Part shown: one piece after another, positions 51,150-64,000 of the stretch
Numbering within the stretch: the stretch's first letter is position 1
Layout: each line of letters begins with the position of its first letter
Origin: Mobula hypostoma
Lineage: Eukaryota
Reading direction: 5' to 3'
Assembly (NCBI RefSeq): GCF_963921235.1
Contig: NC_086097.1
Location: 99,946,001 to 100,010,000, forward strand
Length of the DNA: 64,000 bases
Translations under genes and position numbers: made by a program
The notes under the pieces: model-generated
The model's database searches: none
The model's input: the letters and a program-made list of their open reading frames with translations, nothing else
What the model was told of the DNA's origin: nothing

Positions 51150-52229
51150 CTAGGGAAAGATAATGGAGGCTGAGTATTCATGTACGCCTCTCTTCCACAG
51201 AACCACATCAGAGTAATTGATATAAAATGTGTGATATTCACAAGGATCTGCTCAGACTTCTTACCATGAATTACCAACACAAAATTCGTTAAAACGGTAA
51301 CTAGCAGGGATCAGACAAGGTGGCCTGAGGGGCCTGTATCTGTGTGGTATTACTCCACAACTGGAACAGGAAATTTGTAGGAAGTCTGTGGATAATCTCC
51401 TTCCCCACCAGCTGGTAGGGCTACAGAGACACACCACCAGAAACCTGGATTCAATCCTGCACATGGTCAGAGTTTGCACATTCTCCCGATGAGCATGTGG
51501 GTCGCCTCAGGATGCAGCAGTTGCTTTACAAGGATGTTGCCAGGACTTGAGGGCCTGAGCTTTAGGGAGAGTTCGGGCAGGGAATCTCATAGAGATGTGT
51601 AAGGTCATGACGGCCATAGATAGGGTTAACGCACTGTCTTTTTCCCAGGGTTGGGGAATCAAGAACTAAAGGGCATAGTTTTAGATGAGAGGGTAAAGTT
51701 GTAATAGGGACTGGGGGAGCAACTTTCAAGGATGGTATGTACCTGAAAACAGCTGCCACAGGAAGTAGTTGAGACAGATTTAATAACAACATTTAAAAGT
51801 CAGTTGGAGAGGTACATGGATAGTAAAGTTTTAGACTCTAAACACAGGCTAAACATGGGCACATGGGTCTAGCTTCGATAGCCATCGTGGTTGGCACAGG
51901 CCCGTTTCCATGCTGTATGACTCTATGATGAACTCTCTGTGATCCTTGTGCAGAGTTTCAACCCCAAGCATTGATGGTTTCTCACTCCTCCACAGATACA
52001 GTATTTCATAGATTGTGTGTTACTCCATCAGATTATAGGCAGTAGAGTTTCACTGCACAACTTTCTGACTTTGAAAACAATGTATTATTGATAAAGCCTA
52101 AATATTAAGAAAAAAAAACTGGTATGGATGGCAGTTAGACTCGCTAGCAAGAAGCAAGCTTAGCATACAGCATTAATAAAAAAACAGATAATCATTTTCT
52201 CTGTTATTAACTGTATTAAAACTCTTCAT

Positions 52230-54607
52230 AAGGGTCGCTATTCCTTTTCAAATGTTCGGAGACTATTTAACACTATATATTCATCCTCTTCTAAAACTCC
52301 ACAATGTGTTGTATCTTTGGATGCTGAAAAAGCATTCGACCGAGTCGAATGGAAATATTTATTCAATGTTTTCGAGAAATTTGGCTTTGCTGTTAATTGT
52401 AATAATTGGATTAAAATGATATATAAAGCCCCTGTTGCTACTGTTGTCACTAACAATCGTAGGTCTCCTTTTTATCAGCTTTCACGGGGGACAAGGCAAG
52501 GTTGTCCATTAAGTCCTTTGTTGTTTAATTTTATATTAGACCCCCTTGCTATTGCTCTTCGTGAGGCTAAAAATATCCATGGGATCTTTGTGAATGAGAC
52601 CATGCACAAGGTCTCTCTTTATGCTGATGATTTATTGGTTTATATATCTAACCCTGATGAATCCATTCCTGCCTTGCTAAGATTATTTAATTAATTTGGA
52701 GGTTTTTCAGGATATAAAATAAACTTTAGTAAAAGTGAATTGTTTCCTTTAAATGATTCTGTCTCTATATATGATAATACTCCTTTTAAAGTTTCAGACT
52801 ATTTTAGATATTTAGGTATTATAATTACTAAAAAAGATAAGGATCTTTATAAAGCTAATTTTGTTCCCTTAGTAGACTCTATGAAGTATTTATTTAGTAG
52901 ATGGAGTCCACTTACATTTTCACTTGTTGGTCGTATTCATATAGTTAAAATGATAATTTTACCGAAATTTTTATATTTATTTCAGAATATTCCTGTTTTT
53001 TTGACTAGGAAGTTTTTTTGATCCGATTGATTCTATTATTTTATCTTTTATTCGGAATAATAAAAGACCAAGAATTAGTAAATGTCATTTACGAAATTGA
53101 AAAAGGATGGAGGTCTTGCTTTGCCTAATTTTAGAATGTATTATTGGGCTGTTAATCTGCGATATATGTCTTTTTGGTTATACTGGGTTGATAAGAGTGA
53201 TTGGCCAATTTGGGTAGACCTGGAACTGAAAGTTGTAAAACAGTTTTATTCAACCTCGTTACTGGGAGCTCCTTTACCTATGCAATTAGGAAAAGTTGTT
53301 AATTTAAACCTATATCCTGTGATTAAGTATTCTTTACAAATTTGGTTCCAGTTCCGCAATTTTTTTAATCTTAAAAGATTTAAACTTTGTAGTTTAATTT
53401 ACCAAAATTACTTTTTTAAGTCTTCTTTGAGTGATCCAATCTTTTTACTTTGGAAAAATAAAGGTATTAATTCTTTTTTGGATTTATTTAAAGAAGATAG
53501 ATTGATGTCCTTTGAACAATTAATTGATAAATATTCTCTTTCATACTCACACTTCCTGCAATACCTTCGAGTTAGACATTTTTTACAAAAATATTTAAGT
53601 AATTTCCCGTACATATTGGAGGCTGACCTGTTAGATATATTATGAGTATGAATCCTTTGAATTCTTCTATTGGAAGAATTTATAATTTATTTTTACAATG
53701 GGATAAGCGTCCTTTATCTAAGATTAAACAGGATTGGGAAAAGGAACTTAATTTGACTTTTATGACAGAGGATTGGATGCGGATTTTGAAGTTCGTTTAC
53801 TCTTCAATTTGTGCTAGCCATTCATTGATTCAATTTAAAATTGTACATCGTTATCATTTGACAAAGGAGAGACTTTCTAAAATCTTTCCTAATGTTGATA
53901 GTCATTGTGATAGATGTAAAACTGAGACAGCTACACTGACACATATGTTTTGGTCTTGTTCTATATTGGAACAGTTCTGGAAATCGGTTTTCTCAACAAC
54001 TTCTAAAGCACTTAAAATTAATTTGCAACCTAATAAATCAACTGTGCTCTTTGGAATAGTTCCTCAAAATATTCATGGTATTTCTGTGTCTGACCAACAT
54101 GTTATTGCATTTGTTACACTGATAGCTAGGAGGGCCATTTTGTTGAAGTGGAAGGATATGTCAGCTCCCACTTTGTCACAATGGTTCTCTCAAGTGATGC
54201 TATGTCTTAGTTTGGAGAAAATTAGAAGTCGAACCTTTGAACCTTTATTTGATTTTGAGAGAAGATGGGGCTCATTTGCTCGTTATTATCATTTGAGTTA
54301 ATTGATATAATTTTTCCATGATCTAATTGTAAATTTTTTTTTAGTATATTTTCTTTTCTTGCTGGCGGTTTGATGTTTATTTTTAGAAGCTTTTTGTATG
54401 ATGCATGGCTCTGGGGTTGTACACCTAATGGGTTCTCCTTTTTTTCCTCACTTTTCTGCTCAGTAGGTTTTTTTTGTTATCACAAAATTTTGTTTTCAAT
54501 CTTTAAGATAATGGTTTTTTTTTGAGGCATTGTAAGTGTTGTCACTTCGATGTACTCATGTTATTTTTCCTATATATACAATAAAAAAGATTTGAAAAGA
54601 AGGAAAG
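52230..54607 (+). mobile_element. 5'-truncated L1 (RT to 3' end), antisense to DCAF4
   Basis: 12-bp TSD AAAACTCTTCAT (52218-52229, 54608-54619); LDAEKAFDRVEW, GTRQGCPLSPLLF, YADD, CDRC...HMFWSC; AATAAA and GAAA-rich tail. Confidence 0.92.
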
Positions 54608-54879
54608 AAAACTCTTCATTTCTCCCACCACCTAATATTTTTACTCAGTAATTCTTTTCCATTGCATCCCCATTTGTTTGGGATACCAACTAATACTTGG
54701 GCACACGACAACACTTGGGCAGCCTTCCTGCATACGTTATTAGTTCACAAGCACCAAAGCCAAACCCAATCCTGCTTTCCTTTGGCAGAGAGATACTTAA
54801 AGGAACTGGCAGCAAACTGGGAGTACTGACAATACAAACATAGTAGCCAGGAAAGACTCAGAACACACCTCAGCACGGA

Positions 54880-56815
54880 ACTGGGCATCCAGGAGGACAG
54901 TAGACCATCAGCAACAGCAGAAATGTACACTGCCACAATCTGTTACTTCAAGGCCTGACATTTCCTCGCTCTGCCATCATCATCAAAGCAAGGAATCTAC
55001 CCTGTTTCAGTGAGAGGAGGAGGGCATGCCATACCATGCAGATGTACAGACGAGCAGCCAGCCTGGTGAAAATGCAACACAGGACTATAGGAAAGCTAAA
55101 CAACAGACACCACACAGTAGACGGAGCCAAGCAATGCGACAGCCAATGTATCAGATCTGCAGCGTTACTAAATCTGATATTTAAATAACTAATGGCACAG
55201 GCTCAATGGCAGTGAGGTTACCCCTATGAGAGCTGAAGGCAAGGCTGAAGGATTTGCAACTATGTTCAGTCAGAAATGTCCAGTGGAACACAGAACAGCA
55301 CAGCACAGGGACAAGATCAAGATCGTCAGCCCATGACACTATGCGGAACTAATTAAATCTGTGGTGACCAAGATCTTCACTGTCACAGGAGTCAGAATAC
55401 AGCCAATTCAATCCACTCCTTGCGACATAAAGAAATGGTTAAGAGCAGAGGATACGGTAAAGGTTATGGGAACAGATGTCACCCCAGCTGCGGAAATGAA
55501 AATCTGCAAAGCTATCCATTGTTACAGACTGGCACTTGCCCAACAATGAGGAAAACCAACCAGATTCTTGTCCTCAGAAAAAAGCACGACAAATCCAAAC
55601 CCGTATTTCTGTTGGGATTACATATCACTGATTTGAAATGCTAATTCTGCTTTTCTTTCACAGCTGTGTTGGCCTTGCTGAGTATCTTCAGCATTTTCTG
55701 CTTGTATTCAGATTCAACACACAAATGCTGAAGGAACTCAGTTACTCACTGATGCCTTATCTGGCTTTCACCAGAACCACTTGGTTCACAGCCCGGGTCC
55801 AAACATAGACCAAAGAGCTGACTCTAGCAATGATCAGTCAGTGTCCTGAACATGAAGGCTGCATTTGGCCAAGGGTGGTAAAACTAAAGTCACAAAACAT
55901 TAATGAGAAAGCATTCCAGTGGTTGGAGACAGACCTCACACATCACCCATCATCCAGACATTTCCGAGGTCCAACCTGGCACTTCTATGGAGTAAACATT
56001 ATTTGCCACTTCAGCCCGTACCTGAATGCTACCCACAACGTTCTGCATGCAGTCATGGGCTATGTCATTTGTTGAGGAGGTGTAAAAGTATTAAACTTGG
56101 GACAGTATGGAGAGAGCATCCCCACTTTGACTTCCAATTCCATTGTCACCTCCTCAACAAATAATACAGGGCATGTCTGCATGTGGAAAAGCCTGGGCAA
56201 CATTCAGATATAGGCTGACAAGTTGCAAGTAATGTTCACGCCACAAAAGTTTCAGGTAAAAGCCATCTCCAGTTAAGAGAGAGACAAAGCACCTTCCCGT
56301 GACACTCAACAGTATTATGGTCACTGAGTACCCCGTCAGCAACACCTTAAGGAGACAAGTGGACCGGCCACATAAATAACACGGCTATAAGAGGAGGTCA
56401 GAGGTCAGATGCTGGGTATCTTGCAAGTTACTTACCTCCTGCAGCCCAAAGTCTTTCCACTATTGACAAGTCAGGAGCACAAATGAACATTCAACTTGGC
56501 TGGATAAGCACAGCTCCAAAATCTCTTAAGTTCAACAGCACCCTGAACAAAGCAGTCTGCCACCTTAAGCAATCACTACCAACGCACAGTGGCTACAATG
56601 TTCAGAGGCACAGCAGTTACTCACCTACCCACAGCAACTTTCTAACCTGTGACCTCTACCCACCAAGGACATGGGTGGCAGGTAGATAGGAACACCACCA
56701 TCTGCAGGTTCACCTCCATTCCAAAGTCACCAGGACCGCAGCAGTTTAAAAAGTCTCATCAGCCTTCCCAAAGGGCATTTAAGGAAGAACAATAAATGCC
56801 AGTGATGCCCATATC
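54880..56815 (+). mobile_element. Old CR1/L2-group LINE, heavily degraded
   Basis: IQPIQSTPCDIKKWLRAEDTVKVMG linker and RT remnants; ends aataaatgccagtgatgcccatatcc. Confidence 0.45.
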
Positions 56816-57319
56816 CCAAACTAAATAAAATAAAAATTTCTAGTACTGTACTGCTATAAGTCTGTAGGGACTTAAATAGCTTTCCAGTAATTTTGGCTCA
56901 GTTACCTTGTTGTTAGGAAATCAGGCAAACATGTACTAGTCCTCATAGAAAGGTTTGCAGAGGATCTATCCTGGGACCAGCATGTAGATGCAACCATGAA
57001 GAAGGCAAACCCACATCTCTAACTTCTCATAAGTTTAAAGAGATTTAACATGTCGTTGAAGCTTGACAAATTTCTACAGATGTACATTGGAAGGTATTCT
57101 GACTGGTTGTGTGATGACCTGGAATGGGAACTCCTATGCACAGGAATGCAAGAAGCTACAGAGTGTGGTGGACTCAGACTGCCCCATCCCAGGTACAGCT
57201 CCCCCACCACCTGCAAAGGTGATGTCTCAGGAACGCAATATCCATCATTGTGGACAGGTCACGACTCCTTCTCGATGCTGCCATCATGAAGAAGGTAGAG
57301 ACTCTTGAAGAGCCACACC

Positions 57320-58021
57320 CAATGCTCCCTCTGCGCACACATCTTTTGCTACTAGCACACAAGGGAATTTAAATTGCACAGAAAAGGCTGTCACCCTCTA
57401 CCTCATTGGCATGTTAAATATGTTTCACGATTGTACACAATCACATTTCCTTTTCCAGTTTCTGATGCAGATGGTCTTGACAACGTGGAGTATGCAATGA
57501 TTTGTCTGCAGATTTTAGAACTAGTTTATTTATACTGTTTCTATTGAAGAAATTGTTGACTCATTATGTCAGATTCCAAAGAAACAAAGGGCGTGAAGCA
57601 CAAAAGAACTGCTAGTTCATTTAAAGCAGAATGGCTAAATGAAACAGTAGAAATTGGTGTTACCTGTGTATATTGTTCCAATTAAAAAGTTGCTGGAGAA
57701 TTTGCAAGTGGGAAAAAGTGAAGTGACATTTGGAAACTTGACTTTTCAAAGTGTCATTCAGCAAGCAAGTCACATTTGGATGGTGTGCAAAAGCTCCAGT
57801 GAGAAAATCCTTCATACCCCCGCTACAGACGTTTTGTGAGAGTGCAGATGAATGAGAGTGAGAACAATTAAACCCAGAGGAGATCAAAGTTCTTATTGAG
57901 TGTTTTGCTAGCTGTTAAAATGAATACCTCTATACATAAAATTCAGCATGCACATGTTGTTGTCACTGGGCAAAAAATTGCAGAGCACATGATTTTTGCG
58001 TACACTGGTCATTACAAATTG
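57320..58021 (+). mobile_element. hAT-type non-autonomous DNA transposon inside a Rex1 fragment
   Basis: Starts caatgctccctct; approximate 8-bp TSD GCCACACC/CCCACACT; peptide SSFKAEWLNE...WKLDFSKCHSASKSH. Confidence 0.45.
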
Positions 58022-58184
58022 CCCACACTTCAGGTTCAACAACATTTCCCCACAGCTGTTAGGTTCTTGCACCAACCTGAAAACGCTAACAGCACTTTAG
58101 ACTATGTTTCTTTTTTCCCCTCTCTACCTCTCTCTCAACATGTACTAGTGTCATTACGTCTCTTTGTTTTTGCTGTGTAAATTA

Positions 58185-60602
58185 CAGTGCTTTGAAAAGG
58201 TATTCAGCCCCCACAACTATTTTCTCATTTTCTAAATTTAAAATATTTAGGATTTTTTGAGTTAATACAGTTTCTACAGGGTCAATAAAAGGTGCTACTG
58301 TCCTATTTAAATGTATATTTTATGGTTGCAAGTCCCTGCTATACATTAAGAGCTTGAAGTCCTGCAGGTCTCCACCACCAGCGAGTTGCTCGTTGGGGAG
58401 AAAATGAGGGAGCTGCACATCATGGTGCTGCTGCCTGAGTTGAAGGAGGTGTACAGTCTAATAGCCAGTGACCGTCTTGGTCGCTTTTCTTGTGAATGTA
58501 AGACCCTTTTGGACATTGTTAATGAGGAATGCCAAATGTCTGGCTCACTGATTTATTGGCGGTGGGCAGAAGCGAATGGCGGGGGAGCTGTGTGACCCTG
58601 TTTGAAGCGAGGAATAAGCCTCAAGCTGCGTTGATGCCTGATTATAGCCACTGGGAGAGAGGTGCCGGAGCTGGTCTGCTTCACCAGAGGCAGTGTGGTG
58701 CAGTGTCCACGCTGGAGTCATTTCTGCCCTCCCTGCTGTCCTCTCTGCAGAAGACAAGCTCTATTGTGGCTGACTGAAGATTTTTGCGGCAATCAATGGA
58801 TTCAGGGCCTCAAGCTGCAGTGTCGCCTGTACACAGCGGCCAGGTGAGAGGCATTGGAGCCAGTGCACTCCACCAGGGGCAGTGTGGTGCAGCTTCCAGT
58901 TTGAAGTCTGTGCTAGCCTCCCGGTGTTCACTCGGTAGGAGACAAGCTCTATCCTGGTTCGAGTCTGAGCTTTTTTTTTAAAATTACCGTTTGGGTGTAT
59001 CTTCCTGTTACCTTTACATGCTTGCTATCTTGTACGTACGTGCTATGTGTGCTTTTGCTGTGTGACTTTGTACTGTCTTTTGCACTTTGGCCTCTGAGTA
59101 ACACTGTCTCACTTGTCTGTGTTAATTATTGTTCATGTATGGCTGAATGACAATTAATGAATTGAAAAATGTCAAATCAAAAGAAAAATTCCAAAACCTG
59201 TCAATAATTTTCTAAAACTTATAAACCAAAATTGTGAGGCTGAAAAAGTATTCATCCCCTTTGTAATTACTACACTAATTTTTCTCGGGTGCAATACTGT
59301 TTATTACCTTACCAACTCACCCAATTTGTTGATGTAGAAAATTGGAGGATCACCTGAATCACCCACTTTTCTCTGTAAGGTCCAATATATGGTAGATTTT
59401 GAACAGACCAAATCAAAATGAAGACAAAAGTGCATTCAAGACAAGTCAGGGAAGTGATAACAGAGAAACACAAATCTGGGGATGGGTACAACACTATCTC
59501 AAAGACACTGAACATGGTTTGGAGCTCAGTTCAGTCCATCGTGAAAAGTGGGAAAAAATATGAATACACAACGACACTGCCTAGGTCAGGCTGCCCCTCT
59601 AAACTCAGTCGCCAGAGAAGGATGGCTCTTGTAAGAGAGGCTACTGTGATGCCAACAGTCACTCTGAGTGATCTGCAATAGTCAGTAGCTGCAACTGGAG
59701 ATGAAGTTCATGGCTCCACAATCTCTAAGGTCTTGTACAAAAAAGATATTTATGGAAGAGTGGCAAGGAAGAAGCCCTGGCATATCCTTGCCTGTAAAGA
59801 CTTTGCAAAGTGTCACTTAGGAGATACTGTAAAGATGTGGAAGATGGGTTAGTGGTTGGATGAGGCTGAAGTTGAACTTTTGGGCCTCAACACTAAGCAT
59901 AAATTAATACTCCACATCAACCATCCTTAATGGAAAGTACAGCGGAGGTAGCTTCATGCTATGGGGATGCTTTTCAGCAGCAGGGTCTGGAAATCTGGTC
60001 AGGATTGATGGGAAGGTGAATGCTGCTAAATACAGAGAGAACCTGGATAAAAATCTGTGAGACTCTGCCGGAAAGCTTAATCTGGGGAGAAAGATTGTAT
60101 TTCAGCAGGACAACCTAAAGCTCAGTGCCAGAGCAACTATGGGGTGGCTTCAAAAGAAGAAAATTGATGTCTTTGAGTGGCCCAGTCGGAGTCCTGACTC
60201 TAACCTGATCGAACATCTCCGGCAAGACCAAAGATTGCTGTCCACCACTGCTCCCCAACTAACCTGGCACAGCTTGAGCAATTTTGTAAGGAGGAATGGG
60301 CAAATCTTGTGCAAAGCTAATAAAGATTTATCCAAAATAACTATTGGCTGTAAAAATTGCGAGAGGTTGTTCAATTAAGTACTGAGCAAAGAGGAATGAA
60401 TACTTTTGAACTGCTGACATTTCAGTTTTTGATGTTTTTAGTTTCTCATACTTTACAATTGTCCCTGGTTTTGGGCTCTACTGTGAAAAAAACCAGCATG
60501 TGATTCACAAATAAAAATTCTCTGTGAAATCGATCAAAATTCCTGGTTGTAATACTCATTTGTGTATGTGAACCAAGGGCTGAATACTTTTACAAGAGAC
60601 TG
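58185..60602 (+). mobile_element. Tc1-family (IR/DR type) DNA transposon, decayed
   Basis: TA flanks; TIR cagtgctttgaaaaggtattcagccc vs reverse-complement cagtctcttgtaaaagtattcagccc; inner DRs near 59243 and 60390; transposase pieces HKSGDGYNTISKTL, LPRSGCPSKL, WGCFS, FQQDN, WPSRSPDSNLIEHL. Confidence 0.88.
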
Positions 60603-60962
60603 TATGTATAATTTTGGTTAATTCAGATTGATGTAATTTATGTTTGTCATGTTTCTACTGTATTGTGCTGCTGCTAAAGGCAACTTCTCGTGGCATTTAT
60701 ACACTGGGTATGTATACCCATGGCAATCAACTTGAACTTGAAATGGAATATAAACATTAGACTGTAACAGTCACATTTTTTTCAATGTTGAATACAACAC
60801 TTACAATATAACATCTTAAATGTTTCAAATGATATCAAAATGATCACAAATGAAAACAATACATATTCGGGCCATTATGTGGTGTTACTCTCATACCAAA
60901 GACACATGCTTATTCCCAGATGCTGAGAAAAAGCTGGTTCTCTAACGATCTGTTAATTCTAC

Positions 60963-61058
60963 CTGTACTGAAGCACTTGTCAGCTTGTGGGTTAAGGCAC
61001 CAGCTGCAGGTCCAGACAGTTGAGCTCTTAAAGTTGCACAACATTCTTGGCTGTTCCT
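60963..61058 (-). CDS. DCAF4: DCAF4 coding exon, most 5' one seen in window
   Basis: tgcag|AG GAA...ACA G|gtagaa; EQPRMLCNFKSSTVWTCSWCLNPQADKCFST. Confidence 0.88.
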
Positions 61059-61985
61059 CTGCAGATGAAATAAAATTGGCATTGTATGAATTACGCTGGA
61101 AGGTTTTCCTGGTATTCTCAAACACTTATATTCATTAAAAATTTGCCTGCTGTTTGATTTAATTAAAGTGCAACTCCCTACAATGAATCCTTAAGGTGAG
61201 GGCGCAACTACAATATTTCCCTATTCATCCAAAACATATTCTCAGCTAGGTTTATCCATTCTTAGTATTTACATGGACTGCAAAATCTATGTAATGTAGA
61301 TACCAAGGCCTCCAAATATACCCCAGGCCGATAGAAAGGATGCATTCCAAGCCATTTTGGAGATGGAATTTAGCCAATGAACTTAATCCTTTTTCTCACA
61401 TTTCACACACAGTATTTGGAGGAATCACATTCCACAGCCTGCAGTGTTTATTTAACAAGGCTAATAACATCTACAAAATAAATGAAGAAAAGTTTAATTT
61501 GAAACAAATGCTAATAATAAACTTGAACTAAATCCAGAAGCCAGGTATGCACTGGTAGCAGACTCTAGACCAGTTCAGATTAGGTTGTGCCTCTAATAAC
61601 TTTCTGAAAATATCCAAGTTTAGTAAAGAAAAACTCTGAAATTCAAATCTATTTGACTTTGAATATATCAAAATGATTCATTTAGTCCTTTTAAAATATG
61701 GCCAAGTGGTTAACGGTGAAAAGCAGAAATTTAGGTGGTCTGATCAGTTGTACAGAGAAATAAAAACCAGAACTGAATCCAGAGAAATGTGAGGTAATGT
61801 ATGTGGGAAGGTGCAACAAGATGAGGGAAACATGGGAGGATATCAAGAGGTTTAATGGAGCAGACGGACTTTGCAGAGCATGTCCACAGATAGCAGGACA
61901 GGTCAACAGGTGGCTAAAAAGGTATTGGAATGCTTTTATTTAACAGCTGAGACACCAAATTTAAAAACATGGAAGTTAGGCTGGA

Positions 61986-62935
61986 CACACAAAACGTGCT
62001 GGAGGGACTCAGCAGGCCAGGCATCTACAGAAAAAAGTATAGTTGACATTTTGGGCAGGACTGGAGTAAATAAGGTGAGGAGTAGATTTGAAAGATGGGG
62101 GGAAGGGAAGGAGAAATACAGGGTGATAGGTGAAGCCCAGAGGGGGAGGGGTGAAGTAAAGAGCTGGAAGTTGATTGGCGAAAGAGATATGGGGCTGGAG
62201 AAGGGGGAATCTGATAGGAGAGAATAGAAGGCCATGGAAGAAAGAAAAGGGGGGAGCAGCACTACGGGGAGTCGATGGGCAGGCAAGGAGATAAGGAAAA
62301 GGGGATGGGGGATGGGGGATGGGGAATGGTGAATGGTCCATTACCGTAAGTTGGAGAAATCGATGTTCATGTCATCAGGTTGGAGGCTATCCCCCCTCTC
62401 CCACTTCACCATTCCCCATCCCCTTTCCTTCTCACACCTTATCTCCTTGCCTGCCCATCACCTCCCTCTGGTGCTCCTACCCCCTTTTCTTTCTTCCATG
62501 GCTTTCTGTCCTCTCCTATCAGATTGACAGGTGTCTAATTAGTCAGGGTATCAAGGGATATGGGGAAAAAGCCGGAAATTGGAACTAGATAGGTGAATAG
62601 TTTAGCTCGATGGGCCGAATGGCCTACTTCTGCTCCTTTGTCTTGTGAATTGTGAATTCCCCCTTCTCCAGCTCTGTATCTCTCTCTCACCAATCAACCT
62701 CCCAGCTCTTTACTTCATCCCTTCCCCTTCTGGTTTCACCTATCACCTTATGTTTCTCTCTTCCCTTCCTCACGTTTAAAATCTACTCAGCCTTTTTTCT
62801 CCAGTCCTGCCGAAGGGTCTCTGCCTGAAATGTCAATGGTATATTTTTCCCCATAGATGCTGCCTGGCCTGCTGAGTTCCTCCAGCATTTTGTGTGTTGC
62901 TTGGATTTCCAGCATCTGAAGATTCTCTCTTGTTT
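61986..62935. mobile_element. Inverted-arm Penelope-like insertion with small CR1 tail inside
   Basis: 14-bp TSD GAAGTTAGGCTGGA (61972-61985, 62936-62949); left arm minus to ~62390, right arm plus; CR1 3' piece ~62524-62655. Confidence 0.82.
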
Positions 62936-64000
62936 GAAGTTAGGCTGGAACTGTTTACAACACTTGTGAGATTACAGCTTCACTATCTGAAGTACCAGTT
63001 GCCGTATTACAAGGAGAGTGCTGGAGAGAGTGAAAATTGGATTTGAGGCTATTGGCAGAAACAGAATTTTGTTCTGATTTCAATGTGGGTATTGTGGGCA
63101 AGACCAGCATTTATAGCTCATCCTGGAGAAGGTGCTGTTGGGGAGGGAGTTTCAATCAGGTATCCCCTTACTCTACTAAATTCAATCATCTTCATCTCTG
63201 TTCACAAAAGTGCCATCCAAGGAATCAGCCTGCTGAACCTTCTCTAAACTATCTCCATGGCAAGAACATTCTTTCATAGAAAAGGAGACCTAAACTGCAC
63301 ATAGTACTCACAGTGAAATCACACCAAGGGCCTGAACAATATCCAAGATCCTTTCACTGACAGCCAACACACCGGCTGCATCTGTGTAGTTACTCACTTG
63401 GACACACAGGTCTTATTGCATCCCCTCCTTTTCCCCAAACATCACACAATGATCTGTTTCCTTGCCTTTGGCACTCAGCGATACCCCACTAATCATCACC
63501 TGGCAACTGGAAACACAACCCATTTATTCCTACCTTTTGTTACCCATCTGCCAATCAGCCCACTCTCCATGTTGGTACATCACTGCAAATCCACAAGCAT
63601 ACTAATTCTGCAAATGGGACCTGGTCAAAACCCTTCTGAGGATCCAAATACACCACATTATAACTTACATCCTCATTTTACATCTTTAAAATGTACTCCA
63701 GCATTATTCCCCCATGGTAACATCAGACTAGCCGGTCTATAGTTCACCCCTTTCTCTCCATTTCCTGCTTAGATAGGAGGTTACGTTCGTTGCCTCCCAA
63801 TTTGTGGGTGTTCACCTGACCCATCCATTCGACACTCCTGCAGTCTACAACTTCCTCCCACACTACCACTTTTGTTTCATATCAAGCAACCAAATTAAAC
63901 ACTCTGCAATATTCTTCAAATGCAACAAGTCTGGCATGATTTCATTGCAAACAGCATTGGAACGACCATCGGCTGTTACCTTCCCTTTTGATGTCATGGG

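Overview
Eukaryotic (vertebrate) genomic DNA. The repeat content (CR1, Rex1/Babar, V-SINE, Penelope, L1) suggests a cartilaginous fish, probably a ray; this is inference. Two convergent protein-coding genes are present, each lacking its 5' part in this window. ZFYVE1/DFCP1 is on + (8 coding exons, 190..34325, with both FYVE domains and the stop). DCAF4/WDR21 is on - (5 coding exons, 61058..37457). All introns are GT-AG with consistent phases. The introns are packed with transposons: a two-LTR retrovirus-like element lacking almost all RT/RNase H, a full-length antisense L1 with two nested inserts, a truncated L1, solo LTRs, a Tc1 element, a hAT relic and many CR1/Rex/SINE pieces. The most notable signal is a family of Penelope-like element ends carrying a minimal type-I hammerhead ribozyme motif (CAGTC-CTGA[T/C]GA-A-GGGTCTCGGCCC-GAAA-CG-TC-GACTG). 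Several of these were inserted as fold-back (inverted-arm) units with 9-16 bp target-site duplications, including a head-to-head double-hammerhead hairpin. Repeat family names come from recall of conserved motifs, not database searches, and repeat boundaries without TSDs are approximate.
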